This document shows, one piece after another, positions 1-13,460 of a stretch of DNA of 64,000 nucleotides; the first letter of the stretch is position 1, and the number at the start of each line of letters is the position of its first letter. Below the pieces are notes generated by a model. That model did not search any database and was not told the DNA's origin. It saw only the letters and a list, made by a program, of their open reading frames with translations. The DNA is from Octopus vulgaris (Eukaryota): contig OX597815.1 in assembly GCA_951406725.2 (NCBI GenBank), forward strand, positions 144,522,001 to 144,586,000. The letters run 5' to 3'. A program made the position numbers and the translations under genes.

Positions 1-408
1 GTTATTGTTTTTGTTGAATAAAATTTGTTGAAAAGAAAGCCGCAATAATTATGCACCAACCTAATATGTACGTGCGTGTGTCTGTGTGTGTGTGTGTGTT
101 TATGTATGTAAGTGTATTTATGTATGTATGTGTGTGTATTAATGCATGTATGCATGTATATCAGACATGATCCACAACATTTTTATGATGACGTCATAGA
201 TAAGAAGCCAAAGAAACTATTTGCGCATTGATTACATGTAGCATGTCTCCTAACATCTCAAACACATTCTTGTATATCTTAAGACTGACTGCAGTCTGCG
301 TACACACACACACACACACACAAGGTGTGTGTGTGTGTGTAGACATGACGGTAACGCAAGTTTAAAACAACCGCATGATGTCAAATCAAAACTAGGAGAC
401 AAGCAAAG

Positions 409-445
<37 letters not shown>

Positions 446-929
446 TACGTGCGTGTGTGCATATTACTGGGGAGATGATGGAGCAGTGATTTGGCTATCA
501 CTGGCGACCTCACCAACATGAGGTGTTACGGTTGAGGGTCGAAATACTTAAAGGCTATTCCATACCGTCCGATGACATCAATTCCTTCTGATCAAAGATA
601 CATTCACCTCCGTTGAAAGTAAGAGAAGCATATTCTTTTAGGTGTTATTAATCCCGTGTGTGCAGCGCCGGATTAGGGCATCAAAGAAAAGGTGGGGCGG
701 GGGTCACCACAGAAATGGTAAATGGTTGACGGCACAAAAATCATTTTAAACTTGCTAAAATAATATTTGAAGTGGTTTATATGATAAGAAATATAATTTC
801 GATGTGTTCATAGTGTTATAGTGAGGATCAGATCAAAGACTTAAGTAGGAGAAAGCTTTTCAAATATAAATAAAGGTGAAAATATACATAATAAACGTTA
901 TTTTCCATCTTAATATTAGTTTTGTATCA

Positions 930-1754
930 AGACGGCGAGCTGGCAGAAACGTTAGCACGCCGGGCGAAATGCGTAGCCGTATTTCGTCTGCCGTTACGTT
1001 CTAAGTTCAAATTCCGCCGAGGTCGACTTTGCCTTTCACCCTTTCGGGGTCGATTAAATAAGTACCAGTAACGCACTGGGGTCGATATAATCGACTTAAT
1101 CCGTTTGTCCTCTCTGTGTTTAGCCCCTTGTGGGTAGTAAAGAAATAGGTATTTCGTCTGCCGCTAAGTTCTGAGTTCAAATTCCGCCGAGGTCGACTTT
1201 GCCTTTCATCCTTTTGGAGTCGATAAATTAAGTACCAGTTACTCACTGGGGTCGATATAATCGACTTAATCCATTTGTCTGTCCTTGTTTGTTCTCCCTG
1301 TGTTTAGCCCCTTGTGGGTAGTAAAGAAATAGGTATTTCGTCTGCCGCTACGTTCTGAGTATAATTTATGTCTCCTGTCCCCTTACGGGAGGCAAAATTA
1401 CCGTCTTTAAGTTATTCCCCTGTCATCTTACAGCAGTAAAAATAACGCTGTTTAAAAGCGGCGAGCTGGCAGAAACGTTAGCACACTGCACGAAATGCTT
1501 AGCGGTATTTCGTCTGCGGTTACGTTCTGAGTTCAAATCCCGCCGAGGTTGACTTTCGGGGTCGATTAAATAAGTACCAGTTACTTACTGGGGTCGATAT
1601 AATCGACTTAATCCATTTGTCTGTCCTTGTTTGTCCTCTCTGTGTTTAGCCCCTTGTGGGTAGTAAAGAAATAGGTATTTCGTCTGTTTTACGTTCTGAG
1701 TTCAAATTCCATCCCCTCCCCAAAACTTCGGGTCTTGTGCATAGAGTAGAAAAG
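930..1754 (+). mobile_element. Composite of family-A tRNA-derived SINEs (dimer + ~97 bp spacer + third unit)
   Basis: Head ggcgagctggcagaaacgttagc; body gtcgactttgcctttcatcctttcggggtcgataaattaagtaccag; 14-bp direct repeat aatattagttttgt at 912-925 and 1755-1768 flanks the whole unit. Confidence 0.85.
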
Positions 1755-2583
1755 AATATTAGTTTTGTTTCATTTTGAAAAATATAAATTTATTTTATGG
1801 TTTATTATTGTATATATTTTGAATTACATTTATATAGGAGTACCAAAATCTTTTAAGTGCTTAGGGCCTCTATGGGTCTTAACTTCGTGTGTGTGTGTGT
1901 GTGTGTGTGTTAAAATCGTTTTAAAACAGTTTTATTGTTTAGTTCAGAGGCAAAGCAATGTCCACGACCCCTCTTCAAGGACGTCGGAGACTGGCGAAAG
2001 GAAGAGAGCTATCCTCAAAAATCAGAATCTTGGACCAAATGTCAACAACAGGTTTTAAGGTCTCAGGTGATGCTGGTATTAAACCGGACGACAGATTAAG
2101 TTACTCACTCTGGTAGGTCATGGTGGGATTTAAACAGTGAGATCAGAACATATAAAGTGGCCAGAATAAATAACGCAGGGTTCTCGTGTTTCCGTAAATC
2201 CACTACTCCAGACTGGTGCTATTATTTATCGAGTCGAAAATAATGAAAGACAAATCTGACCTCGGCGAGATTTGAACCCAGAACGCTACAAACCGAAAAA
2301 ACATCGCAACACATTTTCTCCAACGCTCTAATACTTCTGTTAATTCCCTGTCTTTAAAATATTACTTTAATAATTATCTTCGAAACAAAGAAAAACAAAG
2401 TTAGCCTCAGCGGGATTTGAACTCGGAGCGCAGAGAACAATTCCCCACCTTATATTATATTGTTACTGCACCCTCAACCCCATTATAACAAGAAAGAAAT
2501 ACAGATGAACCGGTGTAAAGTATTTATAGCACTAATTTTTTTCTAACTTTCCTGGTATTTTCCGATTCTTTTCATAAACTCGC

Positions 2584-2699
2584 GGCACACCTGCAGACTA
2601 TACGTGGGACACCTGCAGATTATACGTGAAACACATGCAGACTATCCATGGCACACCTGCAGACCATACGCGGCACTCATGCAGGCTAAACACAGCACA
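2584..2699. repeat. 22-bp minisatellite (~5 copies), probably inside a hAT-like MITE end
   Basis: Units ggcacacctgcagactatacgt / gggacacctgcagattatacgt / gaaacacatgcagactatccat / ggcacacctgcagaccatacgc / ggcactcatgcaggctaaacac. Confidence 0.8.
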
Positions 2700-2879
2700 T
2701 CAACACGTTTAGGTAGAGCACTCGGAGACTAACCGTGACACAGTAAGTAGAAAAGGCCTGGTTTGTGGGATTAAAATAGAATGGAACGGAAACATCTCAA
2801 ATACAGCATTACAGACCAGATATGTATGTATTACCTTCAACAACACGCGTGTAGGCACGCACGCATACACACATGATTA

Positions 2880-3140
2880 CACACACACACACATACATAC
2901 ATACATACATACATACATACATACATACATACATACATACGTATACGCGTACATACAAACATAACTATATATATGAGAGAGAGAGAGAAAGAGAGAGACA
3001 GACAGACATACGGACACAGAGAGACACAATGCATACACATATATGTATATATATACACACACATCAGCATATATATATATATATACATATACACACATTA
3101 CATATGCACACACACATACATTGCATATGTACACATACAC

Positions 3141-3187
<47 letters not shown>

Positions 3188-3190
3188 ATA
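2880..3190. repeat. Compound microsatellite (CA/CATA/GA/TA)
   Basis: Directly visible simple repeats. Confidence 0.95.
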
Positions 3191-3336
3191 GATGAGTGTA
3201 TTTTTACCTTGTTAACAATTAACACGGAAAAATAAATAAATAGTTACCAGGGCAGCAAAAATCTCACAAGTAAAGATGTTGTAACTCCTTGTTTATAAAG
3301 GTTGAAACTTCGTGTTTACGTTGAATATTTTGAATA

Positions 3337-3421
3337 ATATGAATAAAAAATGGAGTTAACGCAGGTTTAAACAAGTATTTTTAATACTTGTTTAAACCTG
3401 CGTTAACTCCATTTTTTATTC

Positions 3422-3425
<4 letters not shown>
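3337..3425. repeat. Perfect inverted repeat, 43-bp arms, 3-nt loop
   Basis: 3337-3379 is the exact reverse complement of 3383-3425. Confidence 0.95.
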
Positions 3426-3453
<28 letters not shown>

Positions 3454-3561
3454 TACATATGCACACACACATATTACATTGCACACGCACACATATATAC
3501 ATTACATATGTACACACACACACACACACATACATTACATATGCACACATACATATATACA

Positions 3562-4450
3562 CTAGCTGACGTACCCGTAATTCCCGGAAAAGCGGGGCTT
3601 ATACCTTGGTTCCATTCTCATAATTGTTTCGCTAATCCAATAACAACAATACAAAGTATGTAAGCCCTTAAAACGTTTTTTGTGCATTTACAGAGAATAC
3701 CGAACTCTTACACAGAATCTTGTTTTCAGGAATTCCCAATAAGATATGAATACCCACATTGTGAAGTCAGTTACGAAATAACATGAAAATAGTTACCCGA
3801 TAGTAAGAATTCAAATAAAATGGCTCCGAAAAGGACTTTAATGCGTTCCCAGAGTATATAGAACAGAGGAGGAAATACTAATAAGGTATATATACTAAAA
3901 TCATGAAGCATCTTACGTAATAACAGGCTAATCGGATATGAGATAATAACAATTCAAAGTAAACAACTCTGAAAAGGACTTTTATAAGTTCCCAGAGAAT
4001 ATTACCCTCAGGGGCGCTAGTGTTGGTATATTCGTGAATAAGTCACTAACCAAAATAAGTGAATCTATTGTTTAGGAAAATACTATTTACTTGTTTAAGG
4101 GTTGTACTTGATGAAATGCGAAAATAACTCTAACAGTTCAAATACTAAGAAATAAGCATACTCAATTTGATTTATACCAAATGAATGGGTTATTTCCCTT
4201 GGCTGTTAAAATCTGGGCGAATGAGTTATTTCCCTTGGCTGTTAAAATGAAATATATTAAATATGTATAAGGATTCCTTCCAGGGGCCCTATTATCGATT
4301 TTTTTTCAACAACCTGAGTATGTCATGAGGTTTCCAGACATGAGTTTTACTCACGTGTTAAGTTTCATTAAAATCGAGAAAACGATGTAGGAGGAGTTAG
4401 CTAACAAATCCACAAACACGCCCACAGACAGAATTTCCCACATATGTAGA
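3562..4450 (-). mobile_element. Non-autonomous Helitron, full length
   Basis: Minus strand starts TC (4450), ends CTAG (3562-3565) after a GC-rich subterminal segment; inserted between A and T; second copy at 51707. Confidence 0.8.
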
Positions 4451-5098
4451 TTACATATGCACACACACACATATATACATTACATATACACACATTACAT
4501 ATCCACACACACATATATACATTACATATGCACACACACACATGAACATCCCCCCACACACACACATACACACACAAATGCATACATATGTACAAAGTAA
4601 CACACACACATATACTTATGTCTTTGTGCGCATGCATAATAATAGCGGTAATATAAGAAAATAATGTAAATATCCTTATCGAAATCTTTTGAAAAGAATG
4701 TTTACAATTTTGTTGGTTACAAGTTGTCACTAACTCTACACAAATGGAAATATGTTTACATTTCATATTTCCATATCTAAACACAAAAATACCAGTCAAA
4801 TATTTGTCTGCTTATGATAGAGCTTTCCCCTCCACTTCTTCTGAATCCGTGGCCTTGGGTGTTTTTTCTAGAATTTTTTTTTACTTATGCAAGAATAGCA
4901 GACATTGATAAAAATCTCTAATAATTTTTGTCAAATTTGTCAAACAACATAACTTTCGGTTTAACTCGCAACTTCTCCCTCCCTTTCTCTCGCTTTTCCT
5001 GCCTGTATCTGGGTATGGATGAATGTACGCAGGCACATGGACGTATATGTTTCTCAATTTGATCTTCCGAGACATTAAACAATCACTTCTTTCAAAAG

Positions 5099-5391
5099 AA
5101 TTTGTAACGCACAATCTAGTGAAATCCCCCTCTCCTTTATTATATATACATACATTCGAACGTAACAGATAACAGTTAACCCTTGGGTGCTATTTGGACC
5201 ATGTTGTGTCCACCACTCTGATTGGTTGGTATTGGTGCAATTTGTCTCTTACTCCATCGCGCGCCAACATGCAACCTAACCAATCGCATCCTCCAAATAG
5301 CGCCCAAAGGTTATCTGTTATCTTCTACGTTTGAATGTATGTTTATATAATAAAGGAGAGGAGGATTTCACAAGAGTGTGCGCTACAAATT
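5099..5391. mobile_element. Foldback/MITE-like element with ~100-bp imperfect inverted arms
   Basis: aatttgtaacgcac...gtgaaatccccctctcctttattatata...gctatttgga (5099-5198) mirrors tccaaatagcg...tataataaaggagaggaggatttcac...gtgcgctacaaatt (5292-5391). Confidence 0.8.
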
Positions 5392-5547
5392 AAATTAAAA
5401 ATTAGAAGGAAAATGCTGAATCTCCATTCGTTAACTTCCTCTTAAGAAAACTTACGAATGAATATTCATTTTTCTCTGTTTAATTCTATTAAGTTACTTT
5501 CTTCACAATAAGAGATGTCACATATCTATCTGTCTCTTCATCTATCC

Positions 5548-5862
5548 GGAGGCGCGTGGCTTAGTGGTTAGGGTATTCAACTTACGGTCGTGAGTTCAAT
5601 TCCCGGTGACGCGTTGTGTTTTGAAGAAGATATTTTATTCCCCGATGCTCCAGTCAACTCAGCTGGCAAAAATGGCTTGTACCTGTATTTCAAATGGCAA
5701 GCCTTGTCAAATGGCAAGCCTGTGTCCCCTGAATCTCCCTGATAACTACGCTAAGGGTACGCGTGTCTGTGGAGTGTTCGGCCACTTGCACATTAATATC
5801 ATGAGCAGGCTGTTCCGCTGATTGGATCAACTAGAACTCTGGTCATCGTAACCGACACAGTG
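5548..5862 (+). mobile_element. Family-D tRNA-derived SINE
   Basis: Head ggaggcgcgtggcttagtggttagg with B-box gagttcaattccc; tail actacgctaagggtacgcgtgtctgtggagtg shared with 16763, 39705 and 42064. Confidence 0.8.
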
Positions 5863-5868
5863 TCATGG

Positions 5869-5899
<31 letters not shown>

Positions 5900-6813
5900 G
5901 TTTTTACCTCGATCTCTCAACTAACAAACGTTTTCAGATATAGTTAGCTATATTTTGCTCTCAGTAGCATTGGGGGATCCATCAAACACAAAATAATTTC
6001 TGCTGGTCAAATTCAATTTACTGTACCAAGAAGATCTCAAAGCCATTCCAATTATGAAAACGTTAAAGTCACTAAAGATACACAGACGTTATTTGATTAC
6101 CAAAATTCCCTGTCCGTGGCTTGTTGCACATAGAAATAAAAACAGTTAAAAACTATTATGTATTTTGATCTATTAAATGTTTCTTCTATTTCAACATTGT
6201 TTTACCTTCTTTTACTTAATTTTTTTTAAAATATGAAACCTATATTTCAATGGAACAAAATATTACTTATTCTGGACATAAATCGAGTTACACACTAGTG
6301 GTGATATAAAGAATAATTTGAAAAATAAAGAATAGTTCTGTAGAATGTTAAGACCCACGATGTGTCGGGAGTAATTATTAGTTAACTCCAGGTCAACCAC
6401 GACACAACACACCTATCAGCAAAGGAATTCCAACCGTAACCTTCCGGTCTTTTACTATATTTAAGGCAATATTTATGTCCTTCATTTTGTTAAGACTGTA
6501 GGTTGATAGCCTAAATGAGAGACTTGACTGTTATCCCTTGCAGCAGAGCGTCCATATTGAAACTCCTCGCGGGCACGTGTAGAGAAAGACTTTTCGTTTT
6601 CCCTCTCTTCCTCCCAGCCCTGATATTTGTGATTTTTTACTGACCAGATTTAATCTGAGTTTACAGATAAAATGAGTAAATAAATTGACAGATATTGGTA
6701 AGAGCAATAATAGTCTTTATATCACTAACAGCATTGAAATAATTTACTAGCGTAATCTAGTAACCTTTATAATAATACATCATCAACATTAATACATAGT
6801 AATCTATGCAATA

Positions 6814-7000
6814 TACCGTAAATCCTCGAGTATTGTCCGCCCTTGAGTATAATACGCAGGGGATTTTTAGGGGACTGTACCTCTGAAAAACCTAAACCTT
6901 GTGTATAATACGCACCCCTTCTCTAACTTGAATCGTGCGTAATTAAGCCAGTAGCACCTAGTCGAACAAACACTTCCACGCATGCGTAATACAATAATGG
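6814..7000 (+). mobile_element. pogo/Tigger-like DNA transposon left end
   Basis: TA-ccgtaaatcctcgagta terminus and repeated gtataatacgca subterminal motifs; right boundary uncertain. Confidence 0.5.
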
Positions 7001-7296
7001 TGATGTTCTTAACTGTTATATGGGAATGTAAATATGTTTGCAAATTGTTTTTATTATAATCCGAACAGCTCAAGCGAAATAGACCAAAAGAACACTCCAA
7101 TAGTAGATGACATTCAATACCTGCATACGATACTCATTGACAAGACCGACTCGGTCATGAACACTAAAAACATATAGGTCACAATAACAGAATACGCCCT
7201 GCAGATACTTTGATCATATATTGAATGACATCATTAACCATACTTCCTGTTATAATTTCGTTAAAATGTAACTAGATAATGATAATGATGATTTTC

Positions 7297-8260
7297 GTAA
7301 TAATAATAATAATAATAATAATAGCGCTTTCTTTTATTTGCCACCAGGGCGAAGGATGAGGGGGACAATACAAAGACATATAAAACGTGGGAGTTTACAT
7401 GGTGTATATAAAACGTATATACAGTGTACGTTAATAGAATTGAACTATACATAGTATACAGCAATAAGGAAGAAAATGTGATGGTAGGGGGGGATCTTGA
7501 TACAAGAATACCATTAGGGATGATCGAGGAACCACGCCATCCAAGATCGCCCTGAATACCACGGACAAATACCTTTTCCAACTCCCTTCCTCCAACTCAC
7601 AAGTCTACACCGAGTGGTACCATCTACTCTTGCCATTTTCGCAACTTTTACCCACTTTTTCATAAATTCACTCGAGGACAGCACCTCCCTCTCCACCCTC
7701 ACTTTCCTTTTCAAGTGAAATTTGAAAAAGTCGATGATGGCTTAACCCAAGAGGACTGTCTCTGTCCTCATTCCTTTCAGCTTCGTCCACCAGACAACCT
7801 CTTTCGCCACAGCAACCAGGCAAAGGAAAACTACCTAGCCTGACCGATTAAAGGATGGCGGCGGGGAAATCATCACTATGAACAGATGGATCCGTCCCAC
7901 ACGCGACAGCAGCTTTTCGTATGAGTCAGCAATGCCCGGACATTGAAGGAGTGCATGCAGAACGGTTTCGTCACTCTGCACGCACCTTGGACAAGCCCGT
8001 CTGACAGCACATCCGTGCCTGTAGAGTTTATATCGAACCGGTAGCACTGCCAAGTCAAAGACATCTGGAAATTATCCATAATAGTCGCCGACAGGAAAGT
8101 CCTCCGGAACAGACTAGTCAGTTCATCTTCGTCAATGCCTAGAGTTTCCCCAAGGACGTCATCGCACTTTCCTGCTATGAAGCCTCTGTAAATAGCTAAA
8201 GTGGAACATCCAGCGATCCTACTGCCCGACTCAGAAAGCACAAACCTCCGCCAAGGCAAC
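7297..8260 (-). mobile_element. Decayed Tx1/L1-clade LINE 3' end (zf-RVT region, 3' UTR, (TAT)n tail)
   Basis: LPVRYKLYRHG...CPRCVQSDETVLHALLQCP is a CCHC zf-RVT motif; followed by KRKVRVER...KKWVKV; frameshifted; tail at 7297-7323. Confidence 0.85.
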
Positions 8261-8269
8261 ACTAACGTC

Positions 8270-8598
8270 CTCTCAACGATTAGCCAGAGATGATTTTTAA
8301 AATGAGAATATCTGAAATATACTTGATTGCTCTTACAAACGAGAATGCTAAAAATGAACCCAACCGCTCTCAAAAATTAAGTAAAAAGAAAAACAAAAAA
8401 AATGGAAAATTATCCAGAATTCTTGTCCGGTACCGGATCGATCCCAAAATCTAATCAGTTCATGCCAGTCACGAGGCCAAACATCCCTGAAAGTTTCATC
8501 CGATATCCATCGAGCAGATCTTGAGATATCTTGTCCACGGACAAACAAACAAACGCGACTGAAAACAATACTCCCGCCTTCGCTAAGACGGAGGTAAT
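8270..8598 (+). mobile_element. Helentron/HINE (DINE-1-like) non-autonomous element
   Basis: (caaa)n followed by gaaaacaatactcc-cgccttcgctaagacggaggtaat terminal hairpin; left boundary approximate. Confidence 0.55.
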
Positions 8599-8604
8599 AA
8601 TAAC

Positions 8605-8985
8605 GATTTCTTTACTAACCACGAATTTTGCCGCAAGGGCAGCAATTTTGGGAAAGGGGATGAATCGATTACATCGACTCCAGTGTTTAACTGGTACTTA
8701 TTTTATCGACCCCGAAAGGATGAAAGGTAACATACCGACGGACGAAATACCTATTTCTTTACTACCCACATGGGGCTAAACACAGAGAGGACAAACAAGG
8801 AGAGACAAACGGATTAAATCGATTGTATCAACCCCAGTGCGTAACTGGTGCTTATTTAATCGACCCCGAAAGAATGAAAGGCAAAGTCGACCTCCGGCGG
8901 AATTTGAATTCAGAACGTAGCGACAGACGAAATACCTCTGAGCATTTCGCCCGGCGTGCTAACGATTCTGCCAGCTCTCCGCCTC
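8605..8985 (-). mobile_element. Family-A SINE (dimeric)
   Basis: Reverse complement of the family-A head and body. Confidence 0.85.
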
Positions 8986-9039
8986 TAATAATAACAATAA
9001 TAGTTTATATTTTCAGTGTTAATAACCTTTTATCTATCA

Positions 9040-9425
9040 TGTTTCTGTCATTAGACTGCGGCCATGCTGGGGCACCGCATTGAAGAATTCTTAGTCGAAC
9101 GAATCGACCCTAGTACTTTTTTTCTTAAGCCTGTGATTTATTCTTTCGAACACTTTTGCTGAACCGTTCAGTTACAGGGATGTCAACACATTAACATCAG
9201 TTGTCAATCGGTGTTGGACAAGCCCCACTTCATATATATATATATATATATATATTACACATGCACACACACGATGGGCTTCTTTCAGTTTCCGTCTACT
9301 AAATCCATCCACAAGGCCCAGGCTATATTGGAGGACATTTGCCCAAGGTGCCACGCAGTAGAACTGAACCCAGGACTATACGGTTGGGAAGCAAGCTTCT
9401 TACCACATAGCCACGCCTGCGCCTA
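9040..9425 (-). mobile_element. Family-B SINE with internal microsatellite
   Basis: Reverse complement of the 41245-41705 copy. Confidence 0.8.
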
Positions 9426-9875
9426 TAATAACGTTAAAATTTCTTCACGTAATTAAGATTTGGAGTATATTGTCATCTAATTAGTGGTTTCTAGTTAAAG
9501 GTGAAGACAGTAATCTAAAAGGTGGTTACAGAATTTTGTTCTAATTAGTGGTTAACAAAGGTCTTATTTGTTCTGTATTCTGATCCATTAAGTGTTGAAT
9601 TTAAGTAGCGTTTATCAATGTTTCTTGTGAAAGAAGAAGGACTGCAAGGGAACAAATTACCATAATTAAGATGGTTTTTGACCTTCTCAACCTTTGTCCA
9701 ACGCTATGGCCAACAAAGAAGAATTATATGGATGTGACAACTCTTGTTTAGTTCACTGATCCAGAAATAGCTTTGACTGAAGAGAGACAAGCAGATCGAA
9801 ACATCGCGGAGTCTCAATGAATCGAGTGAGTTGTTAACATATCGTCTGAAAGAAGGTTTTCTACAGTGATGAAGC

Positions 9876-10447
9876 TAGCACTCCGTCGGTTACGACGATG
9901 AGGGCTCCAGCTGATCCGATCAACGGAACAGCCTGCTCGTCAATTTAACGTACAAGTTGCCGAGCACTCCACAGACATGCGTACTCTTAATCTCAGGGCG
10001 ATTCAACAAGGTGGGGGAGCCAGGAATTTTTTGGAGGGGGGGTGCTCAAAAGTTTCGAAAAAATACTGTATCAAGTGGGAATTGAAAATGGATACATTTT
10101 TATGCATTCTAACTTTGTTGTAGCAAACCATAGGCATATGAAAGAGTAAGTCTGTGAAACTGTTACTCGAAAATGCTTGGGGCTGATTCTATTGGTGTCG
10201 GCTCGGCTAGAAAGGGTATAGCCCGGGCATCTAGGGCAACACCTTTTGTATCCGCCACTGCAACATGATACATAATATGACATAGCTGACCCTTTTCAAA
10301 TACTGGTGCTACTCATTTTTACCAGATGAGTGAACTGGAGAAACGTGAGATAAAGTGTCTTGCTCAAGCACACAACGCGCCGCCGGGAAGCGAACTCAAG
10401 ACCTTACGATCGTGAGCTGAATAACCTAACCACTAAGCCACGCGCCT
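9876..10447 (-). mobile_element. Family-D SINE interrupted by a MITE (~10007-10260)
   Basis: SINE tail 9876-10006 and head 10261-10447; the insert has ends caaggtgggggagccagg / tgtatccgccactg. Confidence 0.7.
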
Positions 10448-10464
10448 TTACTCCAAAGATGAAA

Positions 10465-11790
10465 TACAACAGCGATTAGCATATTCGTGTTCGAATCTGC
10501 CGGAACGTATCAAGAATGGATGCGTAACTCATTGTTTTGATACCATGTCGTTCTCCGTGCACATGATGCTTTATCAACTCTGTTTGTGTTTCCTTTAGTA
10601 AAGAGCTCAGAAGGTGTGGCAGCCATATATTTTGGTGATGGGGTCTAGTATTTGTTACTTCACAGAGTCCCAAGTTTTTAAATTCAGATTTGAATGCAGT
10701 GTTTATGAAACACTGTTGCTATCCTTGAAATTTTTTTAAAGGATTTTGTCAGAAGCAGAACAGCATCCGTAACTTTTTGTTTTAGCTTCGGAGACTTGTG
10801 GTAGGAAGAGAGGATGTTAATCTCAGAATGGAGACTGACCTTTATTCTTGCTACAAAATGGATTCCGATAAAGGCTCCCAAGCCATGAAGTGATGTAAAA
10901 GGGGTTTTACTCTGAGATTGACCGAGTTGAACATTCCTCTGTCAATTCTTTTATGCAGAAAAATAATTCTTAATTCTATTTATTTGAAGGTAAGAGTGAC
11001 AAGCAACGTAAAGAATAAGCACATCTTGGCTGATGATCTCTATCGCAATACATTTTGTTTCCCTGCTGTCATAGGGAAGGCGCGTGGCCCAGTGGTAAAG
11101 ATGTTGCACTCGTGATCGTAAGATTGTGATTTCAATTTCCGGACTAGGCGATGTGTTCTTGAGCAAAATTATCCATTTCACTTTGCTCCGGTCCACTCGG
11201 CTGTAAATGACTTCTAGCAATAGCTGAGAAGTTGGCCCACGATAAGAGAAGTTGAGGAAAGATTCACTTTCATAAGCAAGCACCGATAACGTCTCTAATC
11301 TGCGTCATAACGCAATCATGTCGCTCATGTGGTCGCCATTGTAGTGTAGTTCTGGTGAGAAACCAATTTTCTGTTGGAGACTGAAGAACCTATATGTACC
11401 GACCATATCAAAAGCATTTGTCACAAAATCGATATCGACGAGGATAACAACAGAAAGAACATTTAATAGATCTGCCTGTAGCTCCAAAAACACTTAATTT
11501 CGTTTGTTGTAATGAGGTAACTTCAATAGAAACTTAATAAGAAATGGTACATGAGTAATGGAGTGTATCTGAGAGTAAGATTAAGAATTACTGCCTGATA
11601 ATTACCAAATTCTTTCAGTGGTAGAAGAAATCTGAATAGATGCCTATGGTGATACCAAAACATGCGGAATACAAGACAAGATTTAAGACATAAATTAAGA
11701 TCCCAACCTAGAGATTGAAACGAAACATGAACAGTATCAATGTCACCAGCCACCGGTAACGAGGTTATCTTCACGCAGTCTCTGAAACTG
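10465..11790 (-). mobile_element. Highly decayed CR1-group LINE ORF2 (RT and C-terminus), interrupted by a SINE head at ~11077-11220
   Basis: VFLE...VVILVDIDFVTNAFDMV resembles LLEFLE..VDVIYLDFSKAFDxV; RPHHQNIWLPHL...HGIKTMSYASIL resembles RPHLEY..W.P..PGLK.LSYEERL; many stops and frameshifts. Confidence 0.6.
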
Positions 11791-12384
11791 CTAGAAATAG
11801 CAACCAAATCTTTTTCATATCACACGCTGCTGTCTTAAATGAATAACGATACATTACACAATGTAGTTTCGGCTTATGTCTGCTTGTTCAGGGCCCAGAT
11901 GATATTAAACAAGTAAAACATCTGACTGGTTTCGAAGGACCTACCAAGTCTAGACGTAGAGAACATTCATCCGGTTTAAACATAAAAAAACATGAAGCAA
12001 TTAGAAATTCTACAGAATTTAATGTCGTGTTTTTTTTTATAAACACACATTTTAATTACCGTGAGTTTTTGTTTTTATTTTTTAAGGCTCATTCAGAAAA
12101 GGAAGGGTACCACAGGGGCCTTCGTGACAAATGACAGGAAGTTATCCACGAGCCGGAATGCTTGTAACAGACCTAACTCTGTTAGGGGTGGTTTGGTCAA
12201 ATGGACGTTCGAAGACTTAGATCTGTCCTGAGCCCCAGAACGCATAAGACCAGACCTTACACCTGTTTCAATGGCGTATAAATAACTATGGTCACAACAC
12301 TCACCCTCTGAATGGGACGTATGAGATGTCTTGTTATTGTTATGATTTGATCTTACTATAATCAACAACAAACACATTTCGTCA

Positions 12385-12585
12385 ATTGGCAGAATCGTTA
12401 GCACACTGGACGAAATGCTTAGCGGTATTTCGCCCGTCGCTACGTTCTGAGTTCAAATTCCACCGATGACAACTTTGCCTTTCATCCTTTCGGGACCGGT
12501 AAAATAAGTACCAGTGAAACACTGGGGTCGATGTAATCGACTAGTCCTCTCCCGCAAAATTTCAAGCCTTGTAGAAAGGATTAAA
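12385..12585 (+). mobile_element. Family-A SINE (short-tail variant)
   Basis: tggcagaatcgttagcac...gcctttcatcctttcggg...aagtaccag. Confidence 0.8.
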
Positions 12586-12779
12586 GTCTTTATTAGATTA
12601 AAAGTAACATTACCAAAACATGAAGGTAAAACAAAACAAACATGTTTTGTTTTCTTCCGGGCGCCAGTGTACTGTAGCCGTAGTTTTTCACGTTGTTCAC
12701 CGACCGACCCTTTTCTCTGAAACTAATCAGTAGAATCATTCGACCTCCATATATAAATGATTTTCTTCCTGAAACTTAT

Positions 12780-12861
12780 AAAAATACACACATTAGGCGC
12801 ACCTTTCTGCACTAAATTTCCCAGGTAAAAAACAACGGCTTATACACCGAAAAATACGGTA
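12780..12861 (+). mobile_element. Tigger/pogo-like transposon right end
   Basis: cggcttatacaccgaaaaatacggTA terminus. Confidence 0.5.
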
Positions 12862-12883
12862 CACATCGGAGGTTAGCTGCTTA

Positions 12884-12991
12884 GGGGTAATTGTCCTAGA
12901 AGGTAATTGACCTACAGAGTTGTTGTCCTCAGGAGTATTTGTCCTTGAGGGGTTATTGTCCATGGATGGGGGGGGGGGGGTAAATGTCCTA
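12884..12991. repeat. ~15-bp degenerate repeat (ggtaattgtcct) x6, likely a DNA-transposon subterminal array
   Basis: ggggtaattgtcct, aggtaattgacct, gagttgttgtcct, gagtatttgtcct, gggttattgtcca, gggtaaatgtcct. Confidence 0.6.
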
Positions 12992-13039
12992 AACTAGTTT
13001 ATACAGCCTTAAAAAAACACTGTGTACTTACATATCTTT

Positions 13040-13256
13040 TACTTTTTATCTTTCATCTTTTAATTGTTCCAGTCATTAGACGGCGGCCATGCTGGGGCAC
13101 CGTCTTGAATTTTTAGCCGAACGAATCGACCTCAGTACTCATTTTTGTTAAGCGTGTTCTTTCGATCCCTTTTGCCGAACAGTACGGGGACGTAAAAACA
13201 TCATCATCGGTTTCAAGCGGTGGTAAGAGACAAACACAGACGCAGAACACACACGC

Positions 13257-13314
<58 letters not shown>

Positions 13315-13460
13315 CGGACTTCTTTCAGCTTCCGTCTACCAAATCCACTCGCAAGGCTTTGGTCGGCCCGAGAATATAGTAGAAGACGCTTGCCCAAGGT
13401 GCCACGCAGTGGGACTGAACTGAGAATCGTATGGTTGTGAAACAAACTTTTTACCACACT
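13040..13460 (-). mobile_element. Family-B SINE
   Basis: Reverse complement of family B with internal (TA)(CA) tract. Confidence 0.85.

Noticed and set aside
2584-2699. CRISPR-like appearance of short repeats (also 19361-19690)
   Set aside because: Units are contiguous with no unique spacers, there are no cas genes, and the context is eukaryotic.
9777-9815. CUGAAGA...GAAA hammerhead candidate
   Set aside because: Stem II is only ~2 bp and there is no convincing stem I or III.
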